Positions 1-10,077 of a stretch of DNA of 64,000 nucleotides are shown here, piece after piece. The stretch is from a virus (lineage: Duplodnaviria; Caudoviricetes), in IMG/VR virus record IMGVR_UViG_3300002446_000068, positions 8,958-72,957 of that record; one strand, given 5' to 3'. The position numbers and the translations under genes were made by a program. Under the pieces are notes generated by a model that was not told the origin of the DNA, did no database searches, and saw only the letters and a program-made list of their open reading frames with translations. Each line of letters begins with the position of its first letter. Within the stretch, counting starts at the first letter, position 1.

Positions 1-452
1 TGTGGGCCAATGTCAACGGTAGGATTGAGCTTTTGGACGCAACAGGGGAAGTCGTCTTGGATGAGATTGGGAACCCCATTAAAGAGTACCGCAAGAAGTG
101 GGCGACCGACGAACTGCGAAACAGTATGGTCCATGCCCGTGAGGAGCTAAAGTACCCGTATCACATCTACCTGCCCGATGAGACAATGGACCCGACATTG
201 ATTGATGAGTTGCGGGGGACCGTCGAAAAAAGGACAATGGGTGGATATACACAGTACCTTACGGCGAAACAAACGGAGGGTTCCAAGTCACCAGACGACC
301 ACCGCACGGACGCCTTGCGGTATGCAGTTCTGTCTATCTACTCCTTGCTTGGCGTCCGTGCGTCAAAACAGCGTGTCCCGTTCTCCGAGTACAAAAAGGT
401 TATGGGCTGGGCAGGAGGTCGGAAAGGATGGCAGGCCCCGTGGAGTCCTTGA
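1..452 (+). CDS. terL: Terminase large subunit, C-terminal nuclease end (5' truncated by the window edge)
   Basis: DDHRTDALRYAV matches the DHxxDALRY motif at the end of TerL RNase H-like domains; it lies just upstream of the portal. Confidence 0.7.
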   Translation, partial: WANVNGRIELLDATGEVVLDEIGNPIKEYRKKWATDELRNSMVHAREELKYPYHIYLPDETMDPTLIDELRGTVEKRTMGGYTQYLTAKQTEGSKSPDDHRTDALRYAVLSIYSLLGVRASKQRVPFSEYKKVMGWAGGRKGWQAPWSP

Positions 453-708
453 TGTACTCATAGACAAAGACGGCGTTTTCATTTGCCACAGCTTCGTCTA
501 CGGCCTTTTGGCAATCGGGGTTATTGTGGTGGTAAATGGGACGAACGGAGAATCCGGTGGCCACCCGGTGCTTGCACATGGGGCATTCTGCCACATCTGC
601 GTTCCAAACCTTGTACGGCTCCGGCGGGTCCAAGAACATCTCGACCACCACAATTCCCACTCTGACAATCCGCATTTCCATCTGGCAGTCCAGGCAAATC
701 GGTTTCAT
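400..708 (-). CDS. Hypothetical protein with CxxC pairs
   Basis: CLDC and CPMC; ATGA-type overlap with the upstream ORF. Confidence 0.55.
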   Translation of the reverse strand: MKPICLDCQMEMRIVRVGIVVVEMFLDPPEPYKVWNADVAECPMCKHRVATGFSVRPIYHHNNPDCQKAVDEAVANENAVFVYEYIKDSTGPAILSDLLPSP

Positions 709-1004
709 TGGGTTTCCTTTCTCATTGCTTTCTGTTTGTCGAATCGGTTCATCATGTCCCAGGACATGACGCCTCTTTCAAGTTGCAATGACCGTAACGT
801 GTCGTTTGAGATTTCCCCGCTATGCACCCGCATATGGCAAGTGTGGCACAGGGCCATGATAGCCTCTGGCACATCGTTCATGCGCCCGAATAGGTGATGC
901 CCGTCAGAGGCCCGAATCGCAACCCCTAGGACGTGAAGGTGGTATTGGCACATCCACTCGTCCCGTTTAAGGGCAACCCATGTGGCTCTTGTGCGCTGGA
1001 CCAT
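705..1004 (-). CDS. HNH endonuclease-like protein
   Basis: RDEWMCQ...GHH...LCHTCHMRVH pattern; next to terL. Confidence 0.7.
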   Translation of the reverse strand: MVQRTRATWVALKRDEWMCQYHLHVLGVAIRASDGHHLFGRMNDVPEAIMALCHTCHMRVHSGEISNDTLRSLQLERGVMSWDMMNRFDKQKAMRKETQ

Positions 1005-1657
1005 TAGTTGTCGAACCAGAAAACAATCCTCACATCGTCGGGGTGGCCGAGTTCTTTCAGGGCGGGAAGGGTGCGCTCAAGGAACGCGGGGCCGACAGAC
1101 TGTGCGTAGGTTTCCTCCCAGGAGGCACGGGTGTGATAAGACTTGCCGTCATTAGGAACGTCAAAGATTTCGTCGCCATTCACAACAACTACGTTGCTCC
1201 CAAATACGTCACCCGCGTGGCTCCCAGGGACGCCAGTCTTTTTGAATTGTACGTACTCCTCCTCGGAAAAGACGCCGTAGTGAGTTGTTGCCTGTCCCTC
1301 CCAATCATAGCCCAAAAGCTCGGACAAGAGCAGATAGCTGTGGTTGTGTCCGTCTAGCCCCCACTCCCCTGAAAGCCCCTTAACTTCTTTGGAGACATCT
1401 TCTGGCAAGCCACGCGGCTTGTCGATGGGGTTGAAACCGGTTCCCGTAGGCACACCCGCAAACCCATAGCCGTTCCTGACATTTGCCAAGATAGCAAACA
1501 GGTCGTAGTTGCGTCCACAGTAGGGTTCGTCCGTCTTGGGGGTATTCCACTCTATCTCGAGATCGGGCTTGTACCAGGGGTTGTCGAAAACTTCCCCGGC
1601 CTTCTCCCACTTGCCGTCTTTTCTCACTTCTGCATACATGTGAATATCACAACCCAT
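1004..1657 (-). CDS. Conserved phage hypothetical protein (MGCDIH...RNYDLFAILA...RIVFWFDN type)
   Basis: ORF track; RBS AAGGAGG upstream; recognisable terminal motifs. Confidence 0.75.
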   Translation of the reverse strand: MGCDIHMYAEVRKDGKWEKAGEVFDNPWYKPDLEIEWNTPKTDEPYCGRNYDLFAILANVRNGYGFAGVPTGTGFNPIDKPRGLPEDVSKEVKGLSGEWGLDGHNHSYLLLSELLGYDWEGQATTHYGVFSEEEYVQFKKTGVPGSHAGDVFGSNVVVVNGDEIFDVPNDGKSYHTRASWEETYAQSVGPAFLERTLPALKELGHPDDVRIVFWFDN

Positions 1658-1686
1658 CTAGCGATCCTCCTTATCCTGATTACTTT

Positions 1687-1714
1687 ATTATAGGGATTCT
1701 ACAATCTGTGTAAA
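1687..1714 (-). promoter_or_regulatory. Leftward promoter TTTACA-N16-TATAAT
   Basis: Minus strand tttaca cagattgtagaatccc tataat. Confidence 0.7.
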
Positions 1715-1718
1715 GAGC

Positions 1719-1747
1719 TTGACTTTGCGTTTGTTCTGCGCTATACT
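1719..1747 (+). promoter_or_regulatory. Sigma70-type promoter of the portal operon
   Basis: TTGACT-N17-TATACT; AGGAG RBS at 1783 before ATG 1793. Confidence 0.75.
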
Positions 1748-1792
1748 GGGGTGTGTACATTGGGTTTACAGGTCAGTACAGTAGGAGTGTGT

Positions 1793-4072
1793 ATGGAGAA
1801 AACAGTTGTCTTGAATGGTGAGGAAGTCCCCCGTTTCATTTCAGGCCAACAGGCAGGCTACAACCCCGAGTCGCAAAAGTGGCATGATGTTCACGGCAGG
1901 TTTGCCAAGCGTGAGGAAGCGTTGCGCACCCCGAATGAGTGGGGACGGTATATCAAAACTCCGTCCATGTCGCCTGTTTCGGATATGGCTGAAAAGCTAG
2001 AGGCTATGATTGGCGGTATGGACGTAGCATCCCTGCGTGCCGCCGAGAACATGACAGACCCCATGCCTTCTGCCATGCTGTCGATGATGCGCTTGGCAGA
2101 GTTTTACTGTATGGAGGGAGACGTTTTTCAGACCATTGAAGTTCCCTTGGACATTGCCCTAAAGCCTTTGGAGTTCCAATCGTCGGACAGTGGGTATCAG
2201 CGTGAGTTGGAGGAACTGTACTCGGAAGAACATCTGGACATGTACCAGAACATGTACTACATCTGGCTGTGCAGTGGGCAGTACGGCCAAGCGTTCCCCC
2301 TGACTGTCTTTGATGAGGACAACCCACAGGACAGCCGAATCGTTCTGATTCCTCCCAAGAATGTCCGAGTAGGACGGTCTTTTTCGATGGGCGGCAACAT
2401 TGGGATTATGTCACCTAGCTCGGAGGGGTGGACCCAACAGCTTCTTGAGACGGCGTTCCCACCGATGGTCTACAACCGCTATGTAGCGGATTGGAACGAA
2501 GCCGTTGCCCAGGGAAACGACATCATCATTCCCCCCGCAGACTGTTTCCCTGTCCGAGAAAAGTCCCTGCCCTTCCAGCGGTATGCAATCCCACCCGTTT
2601 ACCGTGCCTCTCGGGCACTGTCCACACGCCGCATCTTTGAGGAGATGAGACGGGCCACCGTTGAGGGGTTCAAGAATCAATTGTGGTTCTTCCGCTATGG
2701 CGACCCCAAGGGGGAGAACATGCCCCTCCCCGAAGAAATCCAGTTCCTTGCCGACCAGGTAGAGGGCATGTATGGCGAGCGCACGGGCGTGCTGGTGTGG
2801 GAAGGCAGGCTGTCCATTGAGGTTCTGGGGCCACAGGCTCCCGACAGGCTCATGGCGAATGAAACCTACGTGGGCCTCACGATGGAGGTCTTTCGCAAGC
2901 TGGGGGTAAGCCTGAAGCTGGTATCTGGCGAGTCTGGCCCCATCGGTGGGCAAGGCCGAGCCGGTGACCTGGACCTTGACATAAGTATCTTGTTAGAGCG
3001 GGTGAAGTTTAAGATCAACCAGCTTCTTAGGTGGGAGCGGATGACCCGTTCTAGGCTGGCCACCATCCTTGGCCCGAAAGCGGTCAAGGCCAACAGGGAG
3101 ACTTCTGTCCGAACAGGCCGAATCGACATGGAGGTCGAGCGGCAGATTAGGGAGCGGTTGCTACCCGCCTACCAAGCTGGCCCACTGTCCATCCAGACCT
3201 TCTTGCAGGAAGGTGGCTGGGACTGGGCGGTTGAGTTGCAGCGCAAGACAGAAGAAGATCGGTATCGGGACTTGTTCTCACCTCCTGCATCCTTCTCGCA
3301 GATGGTGGTGGATTCTGGCGGGGAAAAGGAAAAAGAGGTCGAGCAGACGCCCTCCCCAGGCAGGCCCCGCGACCAGCAAAACCCAGTCCCCAAATCCCCC
3401 GAAGTAGAGGGGGCTTATGTGCAGGGCGTTGCGAACTTTAGTGAGTACGTCAATGAGATCTATGACGAGTTCGACAAGGTGGTGGCGGGCGGTGATGTGG
3501 ACCAGTTTGTCCGTTCCTTGAAGGACATCAACCAGCAGCGGATGTATGAGTTTGCCCAAGATGGCTATCGGTCTGCGGGTGGCTCTTTCGAGTTGGACAA
3601 GGGCTGGGTGGACGGCGCTGTCCAGTTCGTCAATTCGTATGCTGATGCGTTTGGTCAAAGGCTGGAGCAAGCGGCCACCAAAGAAACCTTACGGTGGAAC
3701 GTTTACCTGTACCCCCAAGAGGGCAGGCATCTAGCCTACATGTACGGCGTTCAGCAGGCCATGAAGGAGCGTGGGGCCAAGGCGTGGCGTCGCATCCTGC
3801 ACCCGGAGCTTTCCAAGACAGGGCCTTGCGCCCAGTGCATCGCGGATAGCACAGTGGTCCATCCTATCACGGAAGGGTTTTTTGAGTTTCATCCTGACGG
3901 CCAGTGTACGGCAATGTCAGTCGCTTACTACACATCTATGGACGAAATTCCTATCGAAATTCCTGTGCCCTCCAAGGTTTTCGATTCATCGCACATTCTA
4001 AGCATCCTGAAGGAATTGGGGCGAACACTGGCTCGACCAGTGCAGCAGATTGTGAGGCGTATTCGTGAGTAA
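1793..4072 (+). CDS. Portal protein fused to a C-terminal Mu gpF/SPP1 gp7-like minor head domain
   Basis: Position after terL; C-terminal KAWRRILHPELSKTGPCAQC...FHPDGQC resembles the gpF C..C/HPxCxC motif; start set by RBS. Confidence 0.7.
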   Translation: MEKTVVLNGEEVPRFISGQQAGYNPESQKWHDVHGRFAKREEALRTPNEWGRYIKTPSMSPVSDMAEKLEAMIGGMDVASLRAAENMTDPMPSAMLSMMRLAEFYCMEGDVFQTIEVPLDIALKPLEFQSSDSGYQRELEELYSEEHLDMYQNMYYIWLCSGQYGQAFPLTVFDEDNPQDSRIVLIPPKNVRVGRSFSMGGNIGIMSPSSEGWTQQLLETAFPPMVYNRYVADWNEAVAQGNDIIIPPADCFPVREKSLPFQRYAIPPVYRASRALSTRRIFEEMRRATVEGFKNQLWFFRYGDPKGENMPLPEEIQFLADQVEGMYGERTGVLVWEGRLSIEVLGPQAPDRLMANETYVGLTMEVFRKLGVSLKLVSGESGPIGGQGRAGDLDLDISILLERVKFKINQLLRWERMTRSRLATILGPKAVKANRETSVRTGRIDMEVERQIRERLLPAYQAGPLSIQTFLQEGGWDWAVELQRKTEEDRYRDLFSPPASFSQMVVDSGGEKEKEVEQTPSPGRPRDQQNPVPKSPEVEGAYVQGVANFSEYVNEIYDEFDKVVAGGDVDQFVRSLKDINQQRMYEFAQDGYRSAGGSFELDKGWVDGAVQFVNSYADAFGQRLEQAATKETLRWNVYLYPQEGRHLAYMYGVQQAMKERGAKAWRRILHPELSKTGPCAQCIADSTVVHPITEGFFEFHPDGQCTAMSVAYYTSMDEIPIEIPVPSKVFDSSHILSILKELGRTLARPVQQIVRRIRE

Positions 4073-5192
4073 GGTTGACAATGCGAGAATTCTGTATGTG
4101 TATGCCGACAATGCTCTTGAGAAATTCTACTGCTCCAATTGGCTGTGCTCTTTCCCAGCCTATGCGCTAGACCGTGCGGGGTATGCGGTGGGCATGGCAC
4201 CCATTGATGAGTTTGTAAAGAAACCGCGCCCCGCAGACCTATACATCGTAGAGCGACTGTTGTGGAACGGCAGCGACTCGGTCATATATGACAAAATGCC
4301 CAAAGGGCCGACCAGGGGGAGGGTGGAACGGCTCGCCAATCTGAAGGTATTGGACCGGATTGTCGAGTTGCAGGCCAAAGGAAGCAAGGTCGCCGCTGTG
4401 TTTGACGACCACTACGCCGCATACCCAAGGGATACCGACATAGCAGAACCAGCGGCGTTATGGTTGGATGGGAGACTGGATGATACCTACATAGGTTACA
4501 ATCCCTTGGAACATTTCAAGAACGGTCTAGGGATTGTAAACGCAGTCTTTTCCCCATCAAAGTATCTCCTGGACTTTTATGTCGAGGACAAGAGTAAGGC
4601 ATACCACGTCCACAACCGGCCTAATCTGGACATCTGGCAGCGGTTCGCGGGTGCGTGGGTGTCGGAGGATGATAAGGTACGGGTGGGCTGGTCGGGCACA
4701 GCGCAGCACGTTACTGGGTGGCAGGAAAGCGGGATTGTAGACGTGTTACGGGCGCTAAAGGATAAGATTGTGCTGGTCGGGGTGATGTCGGGCGACAAGA
4801 TGTTGGACATGGTTGAGAAGTCTGGCGTAGAGCACCGCATACAGCGCCCAGTGCCGTTCGAGCAATTCCCCGACGTTGTGCGTTCTTACGACATTGGTAT
4901 CTGTCCTCTTGGTGGTGAGTACGACAAGGGACGGTCGTGGATCAAGTGGTTGGAGTGCTCGCTTGCCGGGAAGCCTGTGGTGGCACAGGACCATGCGGGA
5001 GTGTACGACGAATGTCATGGCGGCTACCTGGTAAAGACCAAAGAGGATTGGATAGACGCGCTTTCCTACCTTATCGAGTGTGAGGAGGAGTACCGGCTCA
5101 TGTCGGAAGCAGGGAGAGCGTGGGCATGGGCGCAGGGTTGGGATGAGAACCTGTCGGAACTCACGTCCATCTTTGAGGAAATCCTAGAATGA
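4065..5192 (+). CDS. Glycosyltransferase, GT-B fold
   Basis: VGWSGT, YDIGICPL, KGRSWIKWLECSLAGKPVVA. Confidence 0.8.
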   Translation: MSKVDNARILYVYADNALEKFYCSNWLCSFPAYALDRAGYAVGMAPIDEFVKKPRPADLYIVERLLWNGSDSVIYDKMPKGPTRGRVERLANLKVLDRIVELQAKGSKVAAVFDDHYAAYPRDTDIAEPAALWLDGRLDDTYIGYNPLEHFKNGLGIVNAVFSPSKYLLDFYVEDKSKAYHVHNRPNLDIWQRFAGAWVSEDDKVRVGWSGTAQHVTGWQESGIVDVLRALKDKIVLVGVMSGDKMLDMVEKSGVEHRIQRPVPFEQFPDVVRSYDIGICPLGGEYDKGRSWIKWLECSLAGKPVVAQDHAGVYDECHGGYLVKTKEDWIDALSYLIECEEEYRLMSEAGRAWAWAQGWDENLSELTSIFEEILE

Positions 5193-5947
5193 TTGATGTC
5201 GTGATACCGGTTTACAATAGCACAAAGCTGGTGCAGCAGTGCGTGGACGCAATCTGTGCCCAAAAGAGGGTCAACAGCATCATTATCGTCAATGACGCAT
5301 CAACGGACACGGACCTACTGGACTATCTAAGCGGTGTGAAGGCCACCGTACTGCACAACAACCGCAACCTTGGGTTTGTCCATTCCGTCAACAGGGGGAT
5401 GGAGATGGCCCAGACGGAATATGCCGTGATTGTCAACAGCGACGTTGTACCGCTAACAAATGATGCTTTGTTCAAGCTGGTGACGACGATGGATTCCGTT
5501 AAGGCCCATGTCGGTGGCGCGAAGCTGCTATTCATGTCGGGGTCCAAGTTCGGCAAGCCCTGGACCATCCAGCACGCGGGGGTAGGATTTGACCCAGACG
5601 GCAAGCCATACCATCCGTTCATGCACCTGCACCGTGATACCAAGGCAGCGAACGTGCCGAAACTTGTTCATGCCGTAACGGGGGCCGTTATGGGCATAAG
5701 GATGTCCAAGTGGCGCGAGCTTGGGGGATTCGACAGGCGGTATGCCCCTGGCGTGTTTGAGGATGTGGACTATTGTTTGCGAGCCAAGAGGGTAGTGTAC
5801 GAACCGCTTTCAGAGTGGCTGCACCTGATGCACGGCTCGCAGACGGAAGGAGTGAATCTATTCGACTACCACGATGAAAACTTAAAGTTGTTGCTTAGCC
5901 GTTGGCGAATGGAATCCGATGAATCATTGTACTATGGAGTGGCATAA
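5189..5947 (+). CDS. Glycosyltransferase family 2
   Basis: IDVVIPVYNS, IVNDAST, NSD, AVTGA, FEDVDYCLR. Confidence 0.9.
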   Translation: MIDVVIPVYNSTKLVQQCVDAICAQKRVNSIIIVNDASTDTDLLDYLSGVKATVLHNNRNLGFVHSVNRGMEMAQTEYAVIVNSDVVPLTNDALFKLVTTMDSVKAHVGGAKLLFMSGSKFGKPWTIQHAGVGFDPDGKPYHPFMHLHRDTKAANVPKLVHAVTGAVMGIRMSKWRELGGFDRRYAPGVFEDVDYCLRAKRVVYEPLSEWLHLMHGSQTEGVNLFDYHDENLKLLLSRWRMESDESLYYGVA

Positions 5948-6784
5948 GTGGCGGTATTGCTAGTGTGCGCGGTTGTAGCCGTCGCAGTGATTGCGATGGA
6001 CCACAAGCTAACGGCGTGGAATGAATTGCCGTTCAATGGATTCGGCAGTATCGAGCCGGTTGTCAAGAAAACGGCGACGCTACCCGTACGGTACAGGGTG
6101 CTGCTGCCTTGGGTTTACTGGCTGATATTCTGGATGCTGGGTGGGGAAGATGACCCACCAGAGCGCAGGCCCATCTACCTGTTCCTGAAGTGGGGACTGG
6201 CCTTTCTCTCTTTATCGGTGGCCACTTACTTTTTCTCGCCGGTGGTGGCCCTGGCTTTGGTAATTGGGTGGCTCTTGACGCTCCAGTACGACTATTGGAG
6301 TTGCTACGCCGAGCCGCTGGCCTTCCTGCTGGTACTAACGGGGAACGTGCCACTTGCGGTTATAGGAGTTATCATCGGCACATTGACCAAGCAAACTGCT
6401 ATCTTTTTGCCCTTTGTGTTTCTGTCGGTGGGAGGGGGCTGGTGGTCGGTGCTCTTAGCGGGTGTGTACTCTGTGACCGATTTTATCACAAAGCGTTATC
6501 AGGGCAAGGGGGAGCGGAGTAACACGGTGCGTAAGCCGATGAACGTAGCCTTCCACTATATCTGGGACAAAGAGCCGGAGTGGAGGTACTGGTTGCTGTT
6601 TGGGTGGGGGCTTGTCGCCATGACGTTTGTGTCCGTAGCGCACTTTCAGTACATGCCCTCCCCCTTTATGGAGACGGCGTGGGTTCCGATGGCTGTATGC
6701 TGCGCGGCGTTCTTTAGGGCTTTGATACATGAACCGAGGGTGATGGTCCTGAACGTGCTGTGGATTGGGAGCCTGATGGCATGA
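5948..6784 (+). CDS. Multi-pass membrane protein in the glycosylation island
   Basis: Many hydrophobic segments; GTG start abuts the upstream stop. Confidence 0.65.
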   Translation: MAVLLVCAVVAVAVIAMDHKLTAWNELPFNGFGSIEPVVKKTATLPVRYRVLLPWVYWLIFWMLGGEDDPPERRPIYLFLKWGLAFLSLSVATYFFSPVVALALVIGWLLTLQYDYWSCYAEPLAFLLVLTGNVPLAVIGVIIGTLTKQTAIFLPFVFLSVGGGWWSVLLAGVYSVTDFITKRYQGKGERSNTVRKPMNVAFHYIWDKEPEWRYWLLFGWGLVAMTFVSVAHFQYMPSPFMETAWVPMAVCCAAFFRALIHEPRVMVLNVLWIGSLMA

Positions 6785-7803
6785 CCCGCATTGGCCTTAT
6801 CAGTGAGATGTATGGGGGGACTACTCCACCTACAGGGTATGGGGGAATCTCCGCTACCATCTACGACCTGGTATGCGAGTTCGTGCGGCGCGGGCATGAC
6901 GTGACATTGTTTGCCACACCTGGTTCCTGGGCCAATGGGGCGCGGGTCATCATCTGCAAACCAGAGGACCACCCGCTATCTGTCAACGCCCCACTGCCTG
7001 CATATGCCGTAGAGGCCCTGAAACATCTGGACGAGATAGATGTCTGGGTAGATGGCTCTCACCACAAGTGGTTTGCAAGAGAGTGCAAGCAGCGGTACAA
7101 GGATGTCAACGTGCTATGCCCATCGTGGAATCCCAATAAGGACGACCTACCGCAAAACAGCGTCTTGCAATCCCCAGCCCTAATAGACGCGATAGGGAAC
7201 ATGCCAAAGAATACACCGTGGTTCTACGCGGGGATTCCGTTGGATGAGTACGAACCCTGTTATGAGGTGGGGGAACGCGGGGTGTCGATTAACGTTATGG
7301 CAGTGTACAAGGGTGTGGACATTCTGGTCCGGTCAGCAGCCAAGCACAAGTTCCCGCTAGACCTGTACGGCCATGCCCCCAATGAGAAGTGGCTTCAACA
7401 AGCCATTTTGCCTTATGTTGACAAGTGCGACAACATCGTGTATCATGGGCCATGTGGGCCAGAACGGAAGCAGCATCTTGCCAAAGCGTCTGCCTTTTTC
7501 CTGATTGCCACCTGGTGGGAGCCTGGGTCGAGGGCAACACTGGAAGCATTTGCTTGTGGATGCCCCCCGGTGATGACCAGGGCCGGTTCGCTCAAGCACT
7601 ACATCGAGGACACGGACAGCGGAGCTTATGTAAAGGCCAATGAGGATTCTGTGTACGAGGGGTATCTGCACGTCCTTGAGGGTGGCCCCGATATGAGGCA
7701 TAGGGCGCGTCAGGTAGCGGAGGACAAGTTCAGCCTGGTCAAGTACGCCGACAATTGGGAAAGAATGTTTGCAAGGGTGATGAAGGGAGAGCGGTGGGAA
7801 TGA
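6781..7803 (+). CDS. Glycosyltransferase family 4-like
   Basis: PPTGYGGI...RGHDVTLFA; WWEPGSRATLEAFACGCP. Confidence 0.85.
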   Translation: MTRIGLISEMYGGTTPPTGYGGISATIYDLVCEFVRRGHDVTLFATPGSWANGARVIICKPEDHPLSVNAPLPAYAVEALKHLDEIDVWVDGSHHKWFARECKQRYKDVNVLCPSWNPNKDDLPQNSVLQSPALIDAIGNMPKNTPWFYAGIPLDEYEPCYEVGERGVSINVMAVYKGVDILVRSAAKHKFPLDLYGHAPNEKWLQQAILPYVDKCDNIVYHGPCGPERKQHLAKASAFFLIATWWEPGSRATLEAFACGCPPVMTRAGSLKHYIEDTDSGAYVKANEDSVYEGYLHVLEGGPDMRHRARQVAEDKFSLVKYADNWERMFARVMKGERWE

Positions 7804-8822
7804 TGATACCAGTCAGCAAACCAGGGACATTTACACCATCACAGATGCAGAGTGCCTTTCGCCCAATCATGGACAGGGCGTGGTTCACCAATGATGGCCC
7901 ATGCGTCCGTGAGTTTGAGGAGAAGGTTGAGGACTTTTTAGGCCTGCCGCATTTCGTTGCGGTAGCGAACGGGACACTGGCGCTAGAAGCCGCTATCAGT
8001 GCTATGTTCCCAATGGGTTCAAGGGTCGCCATACCATCTTTCACATTCGTTGCGGTGGCATCGGCCTTGGTGCGGTGCGGGTGCAGGCCTGTGTTTGTGG
8101 ACATAGACCCCGAAACGTGGACGATGGACTACGATGAGTTTGCGAGCAAGACCAATCTTGGTGGGTTTGTAGTGCCTACGGTGTTTGGGGTGTTGCCCGA
8201 CTACCGATTCGGTGAGACGCAAATTCCCGGCATCCTGGACAACGCCGAAGGGTTTGGTAAAGTGACCCACCTGTTCTGCACGGCGGACGTGTATTCGTTC
8301 CATGCCACAAAAGTTGTATCGTCTGGGGAAGGTGGTGGGGTGGCGTGTGAGGAACCACTTGCCGGGCATATTAGACGGTGGCGAAACTTTGGGTTTGACG
8401 GTAGCGACCCTGCACCAGATATGGTTGGGACAAACGCCAAGATGAGTGAGTTCCACGCGGCATTGGGCTTGCTGTCTCTAGGCCGGTACAAGTACCAAGT
8501 CCGGGAGCGAGCATTTCTTATGGACGTGTACCGCGACGAACTGGGGGAACGAGTCCAGTTTCAGAGAGGGTGGGACCCATACAACTGCACAATTCTGGTT
8601 GACAATAAGGAGAAGGTAGCGTCGTGGCTCAGGCAGTTTGGGGTGGACACAAGACCCTACTTCTACCCAATTCACAAAATGCCAGCATACCAGGAGTTTG
8701 TGGATGGGCCGTTGCCCGTTACGGAATCGGTGGCCTCTCGGTCGTTGACGTTGCCCTTGTGGGCAGGGTTGCCAGCGGAAACCGTGAGGAAGATTTGCAG
8801 ACAGGTTAGGATGGTAGTGTAA
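7800..8822 (+). CDS. DegT/DnrJ/EryC1/StrS PLP-dependent sugar aminotransferase
   Basis: VANGTLALE, PSFTFVA, SFHATKVV (PLP lysine), GEGG, GTNAKMSE. Confidence 0.92.
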   Translation: MMIPVSKPGTFTPSQMQSAFRPIMDRAWFTNDGPCVREFEEKVEDFLGLPHFVAVANGTLALEAAISAMFPMGSRVAIPSFTFVAVASALVRCGCRPVFVDIDPETWTMDYDEFASKTNLGGFVVPTVFGVLPDYRFGETQIPGILDNAEGFGKVTHLFCTADVYSFHATKVVSSGEGGGVACEEPLAGHIRRWRNFGFDGSDPAPDMVGTNAKMSEFHAALGLLSLGRYKYQVRERAFLMDVYRDELGERVQFQRGWDPYNCTILVDNKEKVASWLRQFGVDTRPYFYPIHKMPAYQEFVDGPLPVTESVASRSLTLPLWAGLPAETVRKICRQVRMVV

Positions 8823-9520
8823 TGGATGATATGGTGATTGCGGGGTGTGTCGGAGCGATAGGAAGTCACTTGATGCGAGCGTTTGCGTCCGAGTACAGGT
8901 TGCTGGGAATATTCCACAACCTTACGCCCAAGCCGCTATTGGGTGACCCGCACCGCTACATGATTGCTGATGTGGCCCACTTTGAGGATGTAGAACCGTT
9001 GGTTGACATCGTGGAATTGGGTCCGAGAATCGTGCTGGTAAATGCTGTGGGCAAGACCATCAACGGGACGGGCCACAAGCAGAACCCGCGTGATGTCCAG
9101 GACGTGCTGAACACGAACCTTCTGGGCGCGTTCAATCTTTGCCGTGCGTTCTTGCCTCTCATGCGGGACAGGGCATGGGGCAGAATCATCAACCTGTCAT
9201 CTGTGGTGGGGTTGCGGGGTGTGCCTGGAGCATCGGCGTATGCGGCTTCCAAGGCAGGGCTTGTGGCCATGACCAGAACCTTAGCAGTGGAGAACGCACG
9301 GAAGGGAATCACGGTCAATGCCCTGAACCTGGGCTACATGGAGGATGGGTTAATCAATGCTGTTCCGGAAGACGCCAGGGGCAGGATTATAGAGGATAGA
9401 ATCCCAATGAGACGTTTGGGGAATCTGGACAACATCACAGCAGCAGTGAGGTTTCTCATCGATGCAGATTATGTAACGGGGACGGCGATTGACATCGACG
9501 GGGGGTTTCTGTGCTCATAG
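8822..9520 (+). CDS. SDR oxidoreductase, FabG/acetoacetyl-CoA reductase-like
   Basis: GCVGAIG, NLSS, YAASK, ITVNALNLG. Confidence 0.88.
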   Translation: MDDMVIAGCVGAIGSHLMRAFASEYRLLGIFHNLTPKPLLGDPHRYMIADVAHFEDVEPLVDIVELGPRIVLVNAVGKTINGTGHKQNPRDVQDVLNTNLLGAFNLCRAFLPLMRDRAWGRIINLSSVVGLRGVPGASAYAASKAGLVAMTRTLAVENARKGITVNALNLGYMEDGLINAVPEDARGRIIEDRIPMRRLGNLDNITAAVRFLIDADYVTGTAIDIDGGFLCS

Positions 9521-10077
9521 GGAAAGACGTAACCATTTACCCTTGGACCAGGATTGTCCGACCGGAGGCTATCACGATTGGCGATAGCGTCATCATCGAC
9601 GACTTTGTTTTCCTTGACGGTGGACAGGAGATGAGGATTGGTAGCTTTGTCCACATCGCCGCCCATGCTGCTGTTATGGGTGGAGGCACGTTCATCATGG
9701 AGAACTTTGCTGGCCTTTCCGGTGGGGTGAAGGTGTACACCGGGTCAGAGGATTATGGAGGGGCCTATCTTACCAACCCAAGCGTTCCCGAACCGTGGCG
9801 GCACCCGGTGCGGTCACACGTTATCATGCGCAAGCACTCACTGATAGGGAGCGGGTCTGTGGTACTGGCGGGTGTGGAAATTGGGGAAGGGGCATCGGTG
9901 GGTGCTCTATCGTTGGTTAACAGGGACTTGGAGCCGTGGACGGTGTACGGGGGAGTGCCTGTCCGACCGCTGAAAAAGAGGAACCGAGACAGAATGCTGG
10001 CATTGGAAGCAGAGTTACGTCTTGCATTGTACAAAGACGGACGATACATACCGAAAGAGGAAAGGGAGACACTGTGA
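9511..10077 (+). CDS. Left-handed beta-helix (hexapeptide) acyltransferase
   Basis: Repeated IGxxV/I hexapeptides; GGVPVRPLK. Confidence 0.88.
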   Translation: MLIGKDVTIYPWTRIVRPEAITIGDSVIIDDFVFLDGGQEMRIGSFVHIAAHAAVMGGGTFIMENFAGLSGGVKVYTGSEDYGGAYLTNPSVPEPWRHPVRSHVIMRKHSLIGSGSVVLAGVEIGEGASVGALSLVNRDLEPWTVYGGVPVRPLKKRNRDRMLALEAELRLALYKDGRYIPKEERETL

